This document shows, in pieces, positions 1 to 8,814 of a stretch of DNA of 64,000 bases; position 1 is the first letter of the stretch, and every line of letters starts with the position of its first letter. Both the position numbers and the translations under genes were made by a program. Source of the stretch: Candidatus Melainabacteria bacterium 17Bon1m (GTDB lineage: Bacteria; Cyanobacteriota; Vampirovibrionia; Obscuribacterales; Obscuribacteraceae). The stretch covers positions 32,001-96,000 of the forward strand of contig JAVLKG010000002.1 of NCBI GenBank assembly GCA_032128875.1, given 5' to 3'. A model generated the notes under the pieces. It searched no databases, had not been told where the DNA came from, and saw nothing but the letters and a program-made list of their open reading frames with translations.

Positions 1-39
1 GCAAGCGCGTTGTTTCCTACGTATACTTGAGGTGCAATT

Positions 40-903
40 ATGGGGTTGATGACTCTAGGTAGGGGATCGGACGTGGAAACATCTTACTCGCGCCGTCCTG
101 GGATACCCCCACGCGTGATAATCGGTTTAGTTATTGCAGCCATTTCACTGTTTTCTTACTTTGCAAGCAGCAGTTACAATCCGATAACTGACCAAAAGCA
201 ACATATCTCAATCTCCAAGGAGCAAGAAATTGCTCTCGGATTGCAAGCGGCGCCTTCCATGGAGCGCCAGTACGGCGGTGAAAGCCGTGACCCCAGGAAG
301 CAGGCTCTCGTAAAAGAAGTCGGCGCTGAAGTCGTCAGTAAAAGCGACGCGTCAAAAACGGAATATAGATACAACTTCCATTTACTTGCCGACCCGAGCA
401 CGATCAATGCGTTTGCTTTGCCTGGCGGACAAGTCTTCATCACTGAAGGTCTATTCAAGCACCTAACGACGCGCGGACAATTGGCGTCGGTTTTATCCCA
501 CGAAATTGGACACGTTGCTGCTCGACATTCAGCACAGCATCTGGCTAAACAACGTTTGACTCAAGGACTGACCGGCGCCACGGTTATCGCAACTTACGAT
601 CCAGATAATCCGAATAGCCGAGCATCAGCTCAAGTTGCGATGATGGTAGGTCAGCTCATCAATTTAAAGTTCAATCGCAATGACGAACTCGAAGCCGACA
701 AACTTGGCGTGAGATTCGCTTCCGATGCTGGATATGACCCACGCTCTATGATCAAAGTCATGGAAATTTTGCGCGACCAATCTCACAGCCGTCAGCCCGA
801 ATTTTTCAACACTCACCCCAATCCCGAAAATCGCATCGAGAAGATCAATGCAGCTATCAAAGAAGAATTTCCGCAAGGTGTACCGCAAGGATTGCTGCAG
901 TAA
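40..903 (+). CDS. M48 family Zn metallopeptidase with N-terminal membrane anchor
   Basis: NAFALPGG, HEIGH (HExxH), E-x-EAD and THP motifs; one hydrophobic N-terminal helix; true start may be GTG at 73. Confidence 0.9.
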   Translation: MGLMTLGRGSDVETSYSRRPGIPPRVIIGLVIAAISLFSYFASSSYNPITDQKQHISISKEQEIALGLQAAPSMERQYGGESRDPRKQALVKEVGAEVVSKSDASKTEYRYNFHLLADPSTINAFALPGGQVFITEGLFKHLTTRGQLASVLSHEIGHVAARHSAQHLAKQRLTQGLTGATVIATYDPDNPNSRASAQVAMMVGQLINLKFNRNDELEADKLGVRFASDAGYDPRSMIKVMEILRDQSHSRQPEFFNTHPNPENRIEKINAAIKEEFPQGVPQGLLQ

Positions 904-1042
904 AGCAAATGCCAAAGTCAAAGTTAAGGCATACGACAACGCTCGTGTCTTCGCGAACAACAGCGCTGAAGTTGACGCCGTTGGTAGTGGTGCAAAAGAA
1001 TGCCAACGATGCGCGAGAAAGTAGCGTGATGTAAGAGATAAA

Positions 1043-1072
1043 AACGAGATCTTGTCGAAACAAGATCTCGTT
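1043..1072. terminator. Perfect 13-bp hairpin between convergent genes (probable terminator)
   Basis: AACGAGATCTTGT-cgaa-ACAAGATCTCGTT, A-rich left flank gives a U-tract on the minus strand. Confidence 0.75.
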
Positions 1073-1102
1073 AAATCACAAACTCTAATCGGTCCAGCAG
1101 AA

Positions 1103-1615
1103 CTAGTCGGCCAGGATGAATTTCCAACGGAATTTCGACGAGCCATCATTAGGGCCGAATTTGCATTCTGATTGGAGCGGTGGTTGAGGAGCCACGTAAA
1201 GTGCGTCCCCATTTCTCGCAACACTCTTGATAACTATGCCGTTGTCGCCTGATTCCAAAACCATCACAGATTTGTCCGGTGCCAAAATGCAGGTCATATC
1301 AGCAACCGAAGGGTGCGGCACGAGATTGAGCTCGCCGTTTTCACCGGCTAACTTGATCGTGTAGCGGTTGGTCGGCTTATTTGTTTTGGGATCGATTTTG
1401 CGGTTGATGTCCCACTTTTGCATCCCGCTTTTGTTGTAATCGTACAAAAGGACGTTCTGCCCAGGGGTGCCACCAACAGGTTGTAAAGCCTGGTCGCAGG
1501 ACATGCTTGTAATGAAATATGTGCCTGTATTGGGGAGCGGATCGCCTTCTGCTCTGGCTGGTAACGAAGACATAGCGGCAAGAGTAACCGCGACGGCAAG
1601 AGCCAATTTTTTCAT
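1103..1615 (-). CDS. Secreted ricin-type beta-trefoil (RICIN-like) domain protein
   Basis: Signal peptide MKKLALAVAV...ARA; TYFITS...AL, QKW and FRW motifs typical of QxW repeats; AGGAG RBS before ATG 1615. Confidence 0.6.
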   Translation of the reverse strand: MKKLALAVAVTLAAMSSLPARAEGDPLPNTGTYFITSMSCDQALQPVGGTPGQNVLLYDYNKSGMQKWDINRKIDPKTNKPTNRYTIKLAGENGELNLVPHPSVADMTCILAPDKSVMVLESGDNGIVIKSVARNGDALYVAPQPPLQSECKFGPNDGSSKFRWKFILAD

Positions 1616-1714
1616 GATACCTACTCCTGGTGGTTTGCTTGGAAAGAGTAGATTATATTCCAAATACGAGCCGGTACAATATTGTGCATTCTTGGCGAGC
1701 AACAGGTGCATCTT

Positions 1715-1969
1715 ATGCCGCAATTACCCGTGCCCGAAAAACTGAATCAAGAGAAGGGCGTTGAGATTTTACGCGTCTGGGCAGAAGAGGGAAATCTTGC
1801 TGTCGTTACCAATACAAAGGTCAATAGTGACCCCGCGTTTTTCGGCATTGCGCTTGCCGACCTTTTGAATCACTTGTCTTTCATCTGCGCGCAGAAATCA
1901 GGCAAGTCGCAAGAAGAAAGCCGTAAAGAAATCATGGATGTTTTCTACAAAGAGTGTGGTCCTCAATGA
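1715..1969 (+). CDS. DUF5076-like small protein (copy 1)
   Basis: LPVP...EILRVW...DPAFFGIALADLLNH pattern. Confidence 0.65.
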   Translation: MPQLPVPEKLNQEKGVEILRVWAEEGNLAVVTNTKVNSDPAFFGIALADLLNHLSFICAQKSGKSQEESRKEIMDVFYKECGPQ

Positions 1970-2250
1970 TCGGATTGCCGCTGCCGCAAAGTATTTCTTC
2001 CGAAGATAAAGCACGCGAATTGATTCGCATGTGGCATTCGGAAGACGGTGAATTGACCGTTACCATCGATGGTTGGCTGGATAATCCAAACGTTTGTGGT
2101 CGTCTAATTGTCGACCTCGCAGTTTTGATCGCGAAAGAGTATGTTGCCACTGATGTTTGGCGTGGAACCCTGGAAGCTGCTCTCTATCGCATTCTTTCTG
2201 CAGCCGATGTGGAAATTCAAAATCCCACTAATTCACCAGTCCTCGAATAG
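1966..2250 (+). CDS. DUF5076-like small protein (copy 2)
   Basis: LPLP...ELIRMW...NPNVCGRLIVDLAVLIA...PT; ATGA overlap with the previous gene. Confidence 0.6.
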   Translation: MIGLPLPQSISSEDKARELIRMWHSEDGELTVTIDGWLDNPNVCGRLIVDLAVLIAKEYVATDVWRGTLEAALYRILSAADVEIQNPTNSPVLE

Positions 2251-2269
2251 CATTACTCTCTGAAGATAA

Positions 2270-2600
2270 TTCCATTGCGTTCGAGTCCAGTCGTTTTTTT
2301 AGTTGCAGGACTTCAGCGAGACTGTTACCTTCGACTAAATCTGAAACCACATATGGTGCACCTGTTTCATCTATTCGTTTCGTAAACGGTACCGAGATGC
2401 AAGTGCGTAAGCTCTGAAGCTTTTTGCGCAGCTTTTTGAATTTCTCTGATTTGCAGACTGTCAGAAACGCGCGCCTTGAACAAGCGCAGCGTCAGGATTT
2501 TATCGACTGCTCCGTTTTTTACAGCATATGTGGTGCTGAGCGCGTCTTTTTAATGCTCCCAGAGCAAGTCATACGAATTGAACTTGCGGGGCGCATCTAC
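2270..2600 (-). pseudogene. Decayed N-lobe fragment of a Hanks-type (pseudo)kinase
   Basis: Manual translation: FNSYDLLWEH*KDALSTTYAVKNGAVDKILTLRLF...AAQKASELTHLHLGTVYE / DETGAPYVVSDLVEGNSLAEVL; in-frame TAA at 2550-2552 and a frameshift near 2375-2380. Confidence 0.65.
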
Positions 2601-2649
2601 ACACGAAGAAATAAACGGGGTAAACCCTGAGACCTGAAGTCTTGGGACC

Positions 2650-2682
2650 AAAAAAGAAACAGGGCGGAAGTTTCACGCCCTG
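2650..2682 (-). terminator. Intrinsic terminator downstream of the 465-aa gene
   Basis: CAGGGCG/CGCCCTG stem followed by a U-rich tract on the minus strand. Confidence 0.7.
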
Positions 2683-2728
2683 CATCAATCAATTTCAACA
2701 AGTCTGCTCTACAGATATGCCGTGCTTA

Positions 2729-4126
2729 TCAATTACGCGGCGCTGGAGACAAAATTTGCTTCAACTTGCCGTTTTTTGTAGGCATAGGTTGCGGTGGTCC
2801 CAAATAATAGATATTCACGTCACCGCCCGGATTTGAAGCTGGGCGCTGAAATGAGCAGTACTGCGGGCAGGTGTTGGGATCCGGGTTTGTGCAAATCGTT
2901 CCGTTGGGTCCGCTGCATTGGGTGGGTGTGAAGCCACATACAGGCGGTCCGGTTTGGAATGAGCAATTTGTGCAGCCTTTCGGGAAAACACCGACAACGT
3001 TCAAGTTGTCCCCGGCGTAGTTTTGGAATGGCTTTTGATACGCCACGGTGCCGAAGTTTGTATTCCACTTTGCCCCACCGCCCTGGCTGAGGTCAAACTT
3101 AATCGATGCGTTATTGCCGTTGACTATGCTGAGATTCACTGTTTCTTGAGCAAATTGCGGACTTTGAGAAACATTGTTGATCGTAAATTCTGCATTGGTC
3201 ACACCGCAGTCAGGTGCGCGCTCGAAAGAGAGGATCGCTCCTTGGATGCCGGGCGGATTTGCAGGTGGACGGTATTTAAGACTTTGGTTCGGCTGGAGCG
3301 TCACGGAGCCCTGGAAGCAACCCGCGGATACGCACACCATCTGAGGAAAAATCTGTTTTACGTCAAGAATGCACTGAGAGTTGGGTGTGCAAACGGTTGG
3401 CAATGTGAGCCAGGCAACAACTGGTTGGTTGTAGTTATTCGATACCAGGACGTCCGTTGGTTGTGCAGGAGAACCTGCAGCCTTAACTTTAGGTCCGACG
3501 GGACCGGTCCCGCCACCCGCCACGGTGAAGAAGAGCGCATTCATAACCTTATTTACTTCGGCAAAATTGACGCGCACCGAGTCAACTTGCAGTTTTGATC
3601 TACCTTCAGACGGAGGGATGACTGCAATCTTTTGAATGGCGTTAAACTCAGGAAGACCCAGCTGCTGAGCGGTGAAAGAAACTTTTTTGAATCCGTCGGC
3701 AGTGGTTGAGATTACCCGTCCCGCGCTCAGCGGCACGCTTGCAGTCGCGAGGTGAGCGGCACCCTGTACACGGCTTGGCACGCGGTTATAGTTGACTACG
3801 ATATCGGAATCGGCATTGCCTTTGTATTCCAAATCGAGGGTACTTACAGTGGCTGGACTCTCTGCGGTCTCATTCTCTATGAGTAATCCGTTGTATTTGT
3901 TAGGCGATGTCTGGTTGCTCATACCTCTTAATAGATATGGCGAGCGCTTGCCGTTCGAAACGACTGCGGACACAAATTCCGGCGTATCGGGTTTGTCCGC
4001 CACGATAAATGGCTTGGAGACCATTGCCGGCATCGCTTGCGGTGTGGCATTCACCATCTGCCACAGGCTCATTGACCACACAGACAGCACTGTGCCGAAG
4101 ACAATTCCTTTCACGATTTTGCGCAT
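2729..4126 (-). CDS. Secreted protein with Cys-rich C-terminal thaumatin-like domain
   Basis: Signal peptide; GGGTGP linker; TNAEFTINN...QETVNLSIVNGNNASIKF resembles thaumatin TLAEFTL...DFYDVSLVDGFNLPM; many Cys. Confidence 0.55.
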   Translation of the reverse strand: MRKIVKGIVFGTVLSVWSMSLWQMVNATPQAMPAMVSKPFIVADKPDTPEFVSAVVSNGKRSPYLLRGMSNQTSPNKYNGLLIENETAESPATVSTLDLEYKGNADSDIVVNYNRVPSRVQGAAHLATASVPLSAGRVISTTADGFKKVSFTAQQLGLPEFNAIQKIAVIPPSEGRSKLQVDSVRVNFAEVNKVMNALFFTVAGGGTGPVGPKVKAAGSPAQPTDVLVSNNYNQPVVAWLTLPTVCTPNSQCILDVKQIFPQMVCVSAGCFQGSVTLQPNQSLKYRPPANPPGIQGAILSFERAPDCGVTNAEFTINNVSQSPQFAQETVNLSIVNGNNASIKFDLSQGGGAKWNTNFGTVAYQKPFQNYAGDNLNVVGVFPKGCTNCSFQTGPPVCGFTPTQCSGPNGTICTNPDPNTCPQYCSFQRPASNPGGDVNIYYLGPPQPMPTKNGKLKQILSPAPRN

Positions 4127-4379
4127 GAGACACCACCTTTTGCAACGAGATTAGTGCCTGGTGGGGCTTCCAGGCGCAAACGGTTTCATATTCTGAGCAC
4201 GTGTTCTTATCATGCCACACAGGGGTTGAGTTTTGAACCTTTTGCAAGGGAACCTTTACATCCCGCGTTATCTTTCACCTATTGGTCGAAAGAGAATATG
4301 TTGTCTGCACGACAATTCTCAGCAAGAGATGCGATGCATCGCCCTGACGGGGAGTACTGCATCGCCTTTATCGTGATAG

Positions 4380-4886
4380 TTATCGAGGTACTGCTAATCC
4401 TTCGATGATTTGCGCGTTTGGCAATTTGCGATATTCGCTCGGATTCAATAAAACTTTGGTAGAGCGATTGCCACCACCCGCGATGACTTGCGGTTGTTTC
4501 ATCACTGCTGCATCTATTAAAAGAGGAATAGACTGCAAGCCAAAAGGTGTGACTCCACCAATGAGCATCCCGGTCAACTCTTTTGTTTGCTCCGGAGTGG
4601 CAAAGGAAACTTTGCGACCGTCCATTATCTCGCGCACTTTCTTGTTGGCGTCGAGTTTTGTGGTCGCGAGCACCATGCAACAGGCGAACTGAATCGGATC
4701 AGATTTCGTCGCGACAACAATTGCGTTGGACGCGTGCGCGAGCTCATATCCGTAGTGTTCGCAGAATTTGGCGGTATCCGCCAATTCCGGATCGCAGTAT
4801 AAAACCTTGTGCTCGATGCCATATTTCTGCAGGCATTCGGCAACGGCGGGATCTAACTCTGCTATTTGCTGTGTCATCGATAACAT
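4380..4886 (-). CDS. YbaK/EbsC/ProX family aminoacyl-tRNA editing-like protein
   Basis: SFAT.EQ..ELTGMLIGGVTPFG and GGG.RS motifs. Confidence 0.85.
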   Translation of the reverse strand: MLSMTQQIAELDPAVAECLQKYGIEHKVLYCDPELADTAKFCEHYGYELAHASNAIVVATKSDPIQFACCMVLATTKLDANKKVREIMDGRKVSFATPEQTKELTGMLIGGVTPFGLQSIPLLIDAAVMKQPQVIAGGGNRSTKVLLNPSEYRKLPNAQIIEGLAVPR

Positions 4887-4929
4887 AATAGCCTCGATCT
4901 TGATTGCGTTTTTGCTTACGACTCAAAGT

Positions 4930-4978
4930 TCAAGAAATGTCGCGCTCAAGAAATGCCTTTGCTTCAAGAAATGTCGCG
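4930..4978. repeat. Three short direct repeats TCAAGAAATG(TCGCG)
   Basis: Copies start at 4930, 4946 and 4964; the last copy contains the GNAT stop codon. Confidence 0.7.
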
Positions 4979-5464
4979 GTAATAGAATTTTGTGTCTACT
5001 GAAACTACGGGAAAGTTGGGCGGCAGCTCTGCCGATGAAAGTTCCACAAAGCCGTTCTTTTCGTAGAATCTATGCGCCGCAAACATTCGTTCTGTCGTGC
5101 CCAAATAGATTTGGTCGATTTCCTTTGATTGGCACCACTCAATAGCAGTACTCATCAATTGTTGCGCGATGCCTTTCTCTTTGCCTCTGTGGGAGCTGGA
5201 AACGAACATCTTCTTCAGTGCGACCTGCCTATTTCCAATATCGACAACCCCAATGGTGCCAATTACATCTGTACCGTCCAGCGCCATCCAAAAATTTCCG
5301 GCGCCTTTCTGAAACGTTCCGGCAATATCCATCAAGTCAGGTTGTTCTTCACGCGTAATTTTGACGCCGAATTCAATCTGTTGAATAGGCAGCACCAGTT
5401 TTTCGATGGCGGCTTGGTATTCGGCGCTGTATGGCTTGATGGTCACGGTCTCAATTGTATGCAT
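4964..5464 (-). CDS. GNAT family N-acetyltransferase
   Basis: LKKMFV...HRGKEKGIA acetyl-CoA motif; AHRFYEKNGF. Confidence 0.9.
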   Translation of the reverse strand: MHTIETVTIKPYSAEYQAAIEKLVLPIQQIEFGVKITREEQPDLMDIAGTFQKGAGNFWMALDGTDVIGTIGVVDIGNRQVALKKMFVSSSHRGKEKGIAQQLMSTAIEWCQSKEIDQIYLGTTERMFAAHRFYEKNGFVELSSAELPPNFPVVSVDTKFYYRDIS

Positions 5465-5543
5465 GTATGTGCTCCTCTGAGCGGTTGCCTCTATTGTCGG
5501 TCACGATGTTTAATACCGTCCAATAGTTAAATTGGGTATAATT

Positions 5544-5560
5544 GATAGCAAAAAGGTATC
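5544..5560. promoter_or_regulatory. Probable LysR T-N11-A box
   Basis: GATA-gcaaaaagg-TATC dyad in the divergent GNAT/LysR intergenic region. Confidence 0.5.
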
Positions 5561-5564
5561 GGTT

Positions 5565-6446
5565 GTGGAGCTTCGGCAATTACGCTATTTCTTCCATATT
5601 GCTGAGCTGGAGCACTTTGGCAAGGCTGCGGAGCGTTTGCATATCGCCCAGCCCGCCCTAACCCGGCAGATCAAGCAGCTCGAGGACGAGATTGGGGTTG
5701 AACTTTTCGAGCGGCTGCCGCGCGGAGTAAAGCTGACAGCTGCCGGACATGTTTTTTTCGGTCAAACCCGCGACCTCTTGGCTCAGTGCGAAAAAATGGT
5801 GAAACTTACTCAACAGGTCAGCCGAGGACAATCCGGCTTGTTGCGGATCGGTTTTGCCGATGGTGTAACTTTCAATAAGACCTTTTCCGAGATCTTGCGC
5901 TCTTTTCGTCAGTCATATTCCGATGTCGTCTTAGACCTGGTTCCAGCTAGTTCGTTAGAACAGGCTGAACTCATTTCGCGAAGTGAGCTTGACCTCGGTT
6001 TTGTCTACTGGTTGCCCACTGGAAAATCGGTGAAGTCGATTCAGTTCGAAGAAGAGGAATTGATGTTGGCCGTATCGAAGACTAGCCCGCTGGCGAAGAG
6101 GAAAACACTGACCATCAAAGATGTTGGCGATTATCCTATTGTGTGGTTTCCGCGCGCAAACAGTCCTGGCTACTACGATTTGATTGTGTCGCGTTTTGCG
6201 CGAAATGGATGCAGCTTGAATGTCATTCAAGAAGGAAACAACGAAAGTACGATGCTGAGTTTGGTGTCTGCGGACATTGGCGCAACGTTTATTACTGAAT
6301 CGGCGTTGCATAGAAAGCCTGATGACGTGGTCTTTATTCCGATTATTGATTTGAATGCAAAACTCAGCGTTAAGGCGATGTGGAACGCGGATGATAAAAA
6401 TCCCGCCCTCAAAGAATTTGTTTCTATTATCAAGAACGTGATCTGA
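5565..6446 (+). CDS. LysR family transcriptional regulator
   Basis: ELRQLRYF...HFGKAAERLHIAQPALTRQIKQLE; start taken as GTG 5565. Confidence 0.95.
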   Translation: MELRQLRYFFHIAELEHFGKAAERLHIAQPALTRQIKQLEDEIGVELFERLPRGVKLTAAGHVFFGQTRDLLAQCEKMVKLTQQVSRGQSGLLRIGFADGVTFNKTFSEILRSFRQSYSDVVLDLVPASSLEQAELISRSELDLGFVYWLPTGKSVKSIQFEEEELMLAVSKTSPLAKRKTLTIKDVGDYPIVWFPRANSPGYYDLIVSRFARNGCSLNVIQEGNNESTMLSLVSADIGATFITESALHRKPDDVVFIPIIDLNAKLSVKAMWNADDKNPALKEFVSIIKNVI

Positions 6447-6457
6447 ATGTCGTAGTT

Positions 6458-7015
6458 TTAAAGACACTCTGGACGAAACTGTTTTTTGCGGCTTACATGG
6501 TCGCCTGAGATCATGAAGACACCGTCGCCGGTGTAATGCACTGTTTTAGGATATTTAGGCGAAATAGCAACGTGTGCTTTCAGGATTTCAAACACGAACA
6601 AGCTGTAGTTTTTGATCAGTTTGTTGTCGTAGAGTTTGCATTCAAAATTTGCATAGCACTCTTTGATCATCGGTGCTTTGACTTTGCTAGCTTTTACTTG
6701 AGTCAGTCCAAACTCTTCGAATTTATCAATCTCTGCACCCGTGCTATTGCCTATGGCTACGACAATATCGAGCATATGAGCTTCTGGAATGTTAATCACG
6801 CATTCCTTGCTTTTGCGAATTAACTCGTAGCTATGATTTTGATCCCAGATGAACAATGTCACCAGGGATGGTTCAAACGAAATTACTGTTTGCCATCCAA
6901 GAGTCATTATGTTTGACTCGCCCTTAAATTGAGAGCTAATCAAAACAATTGGCCCCGGCTCTAAAAACCGTCGCACCGTGTCGACTGGAAAGTCTCTCTT
7001 CTTATAGTTTTTCAT
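6458..7015 (-). CDS. Flavin reductase family protein
   Basis: PGPIVLISS, NIMT.GW, DKF..FGLT, APMIKECYANFEC. Confidence 0.85.
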   Translation of the reverse strand: MKNYKKRDFPVDTVRRFLEPGPIVLISSQFKGESNIMTLGWQTVISFEPSLVTLFIWDQNHSYELIRKSKECVINIPEAHMLDIVVAIGNSTGAEIDKFEEFGLTQVKASKVKAPMIKECYANFECKLYDNKLIKNYSLFVFEILKAHVAISPKYPKTVHYTGDGVFMISGDHVSRKKQFRPECL

Positions 7016-7075
7016 CAAGCGTTAACTAGAGCCCTTCGCCTGGAGACTGTTTCTAAAAGTTGTTCAGCACGTCGC

Positions 7076-7657
7076 TTATGGTTTTATCGTACTGCCAAGG
7101 AGTTCTAAAAACTGACGCATCCATGCCGGATGTCCGGGCCAAGCTGCTGCAGTCACCAAGTTGCCCTGAGTGTGTGCATTGGAAAAGGTTTCATTTTGTT
7201 CGACGTATGTCCCACCGCACGAGGTGACTTCAGGTGATACCGCCGGGTAAGCCATGCTCGATCTCCCCTTCAAAACTCCTGCTGCTGCAAGCACCTGCGC
7301 TGCGTGGCAAACGGCGGCAACTGGTTTGTTCTTCTCGAAAAAGTGCCGTGTGCATTCGAGTACAAGCGAGTTCAATCGTAAATACTCCGGCGCTCTTCCA
7401 CCAGAAATCACAAGCGCATCGTATGTGGTGAAATCAATTTTGTCGAATTCAGCATCAATGCCAAAATTGTGCCCGGGCTTTTCAGTGTATGTTTGGTCGC
7501 CCTCGAAGTCATGAATTGCAGTTTTGACTTTGTCACCTTTCTTTTTGCCGGGGCATACTGCGTGTACTTCGTGACCCACCATGAGCAGCATTTGATATGG
7601 CACCATAGCCTCATAATCTTCGACGAAATCACCCACCAGCTGAAGTATTTTTGCCAT
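7076..7657 (-). CDS. DJ-1/PfpI family glyoxalase/deglycase
   Basis: [24 protein letters not shown] nucleophile motif. Confidence 0.9.
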   Translation of the reverse strand: MAKILQLVGDFVEDYEAMVPYQMLLMVGHEVHAVCPGKKKGDKVKTAIHDFEGDQTYTEKPGHNFGIDAEFDKIDFTTYDALVISGGRAPEYLRLNSLVLECTRHFFEKNKPVAAVCHAAQVLAAAGVLKGRSSMAYPAVSPEVTSCGGTYVEQNETFSNAHTQGNLVTAAAWPGHPAWMRQFLELLGSTIKP

Positions 7658-7749
7658 TGTCAATCCTCACTGCTGACTTTACTGCCGACTTTGCCCGACA
7701 CGGCTATGTTTTTACCACGATGAATCTTTTATAGCTATCTATTTGAATT

Positions 7750-7777
7750 GGAACTATTGGCTACTTCGACCGTCGGA
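7750..7777 (+). promoter_or_regulatory. ECF-sigma-type promoter candidate
   Basis: GGAACT-N16-GTCGGA, 28 nt upstream of the LigD-PE start. Confidence 0.6.
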
Positions 7778-7805
7778 TCCGTGTTGCCGCGGTAGGGTTA
7801 ATCAT

Positions 7806-8699
7806 ATGCTCGAAGAATACAAGCGTAAGCGCGATTTCAAAATAACGTCCGAACCGTCAGGGGATACAAAACCAAAAGCCACAAAAGGTGGCAAGAAATC
7901 TGCTGCGTCGAAGAAGAAGAAACAAGCACTAAGTTTCGTTATTCAGAAGCATGATGCCAGCAGGCTGCATTATGATTTTCGCTTGGAAATTGATGGAGTG
8001 ATGGTATCTTGGGCGGTGCCTAAAGGTCCGTCTATGAATTCAGCCGACAAACGCTTTGCTGCGATGACTGAAGATCATCCTATGGAATATTCAGATTTTG
8101 AGGGCATTATTCCAGAGCATCAGTACGGTGCAGGAGAAGTGATTATCTGGGATCGTGGCGTGTATTCGCCGGACGAGGATGGTAAGTATTCTTGGGACGA
8201 TAAAGAAGAAGCCAACGCGAGAATGCGCAAGGGACTGCGGAAGGGCAAGCTATCCTTTTACCTAAAGGGGGAAAAGTTAGAGGGTTCCTGGACGCTCGTC
8301 CGTTTTGGACGTGGCAAAGAAGGCAAGGAAAAAGACTGGTTGCTAATCAAGCATCACGACGAGTTTGAAGACGCAGAGCGTGATGTTACTGAGGAAGATT
8401 CATCAGTTGTATCCGGTCAAACAATTGAAGATCTGCAAAAGCATGGTGCAAAGAAGATCTGGACGCGCAGTGGCGCCAAGAAGGCGAATCCAAAAACCAC
8501 TGGCAAGAGTTCTAAAGCACCAGCTAAGAGAACTCGCCGTTCGAGTCAGTCATTGGTCAAATCTGAAGTTGTCGATGAAGACAAACTTTCAGATGCCGAG
8601 CAAGAAGCTTTGAGAAAACATCGCTCAGAGAAGATTCGCCAGGGGCGTGCTGCTGCTGACAAGATTACCGCTTCGAAGGCTAAACGCAAGGTTGGTTAG
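7806..8699 (+). CDS. Stand-alone LigD 3'-phosphoesterase domain protein with basic C-terminal tail
   Basis: YKRKRDF..T.EP, FVIQKHDASRLHYDFRLE, SWAVPKGPS, EDHP, WLLIK; no ligase or polymerase domain. Confidence 0.9.
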   Translation: MLEEYKRKRDFKITSEPSGDTKPKATKGGKKSAASKKKKQALSFVIQKHDASRLHYDFRLEIDGVMVSWAVPKGPSMNSADKRFAAMTEDHPMEYSDFEGIIPEHQYGAGEVIIWDRGVYSPDEDGKYSWDDKEEANARMRKGLRKGKLSFYLKGEKLEGSWTLVRFGRGKEGKEKDWLLIKHHDEFEDAERDVTEEDSSVVSGQTIEDLQKHGAKKIWTRSGAKKANPKTTGKSSKAPAKRTRRSSQSLVKSEVVDEDKLSDAEQEALRKHRSEKIRQGRAAADKITASKAKRKVG

Positions 8700-8753
8700 G
8701 ATTTAATCCTAGATTAGGAACCTTAAATCACCGAAGGCAAGTGACTCGTCACG

Positions 8754-8782
8754 GGAACCAGACAATTGAGCGCCCAGTCCTT
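8754..8782 (+). promoter_or_regulatory. ECF-sigma-type promoter candidate
   Basis: GGAACC-N17-GTCCTT, 32 nt upstream of ATG 8815. Confidence 0.6.
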
Positions 8783-8814
8783 GCCAGCAAGTTGACGTTT
8801 GCCGGAGTCTATCA

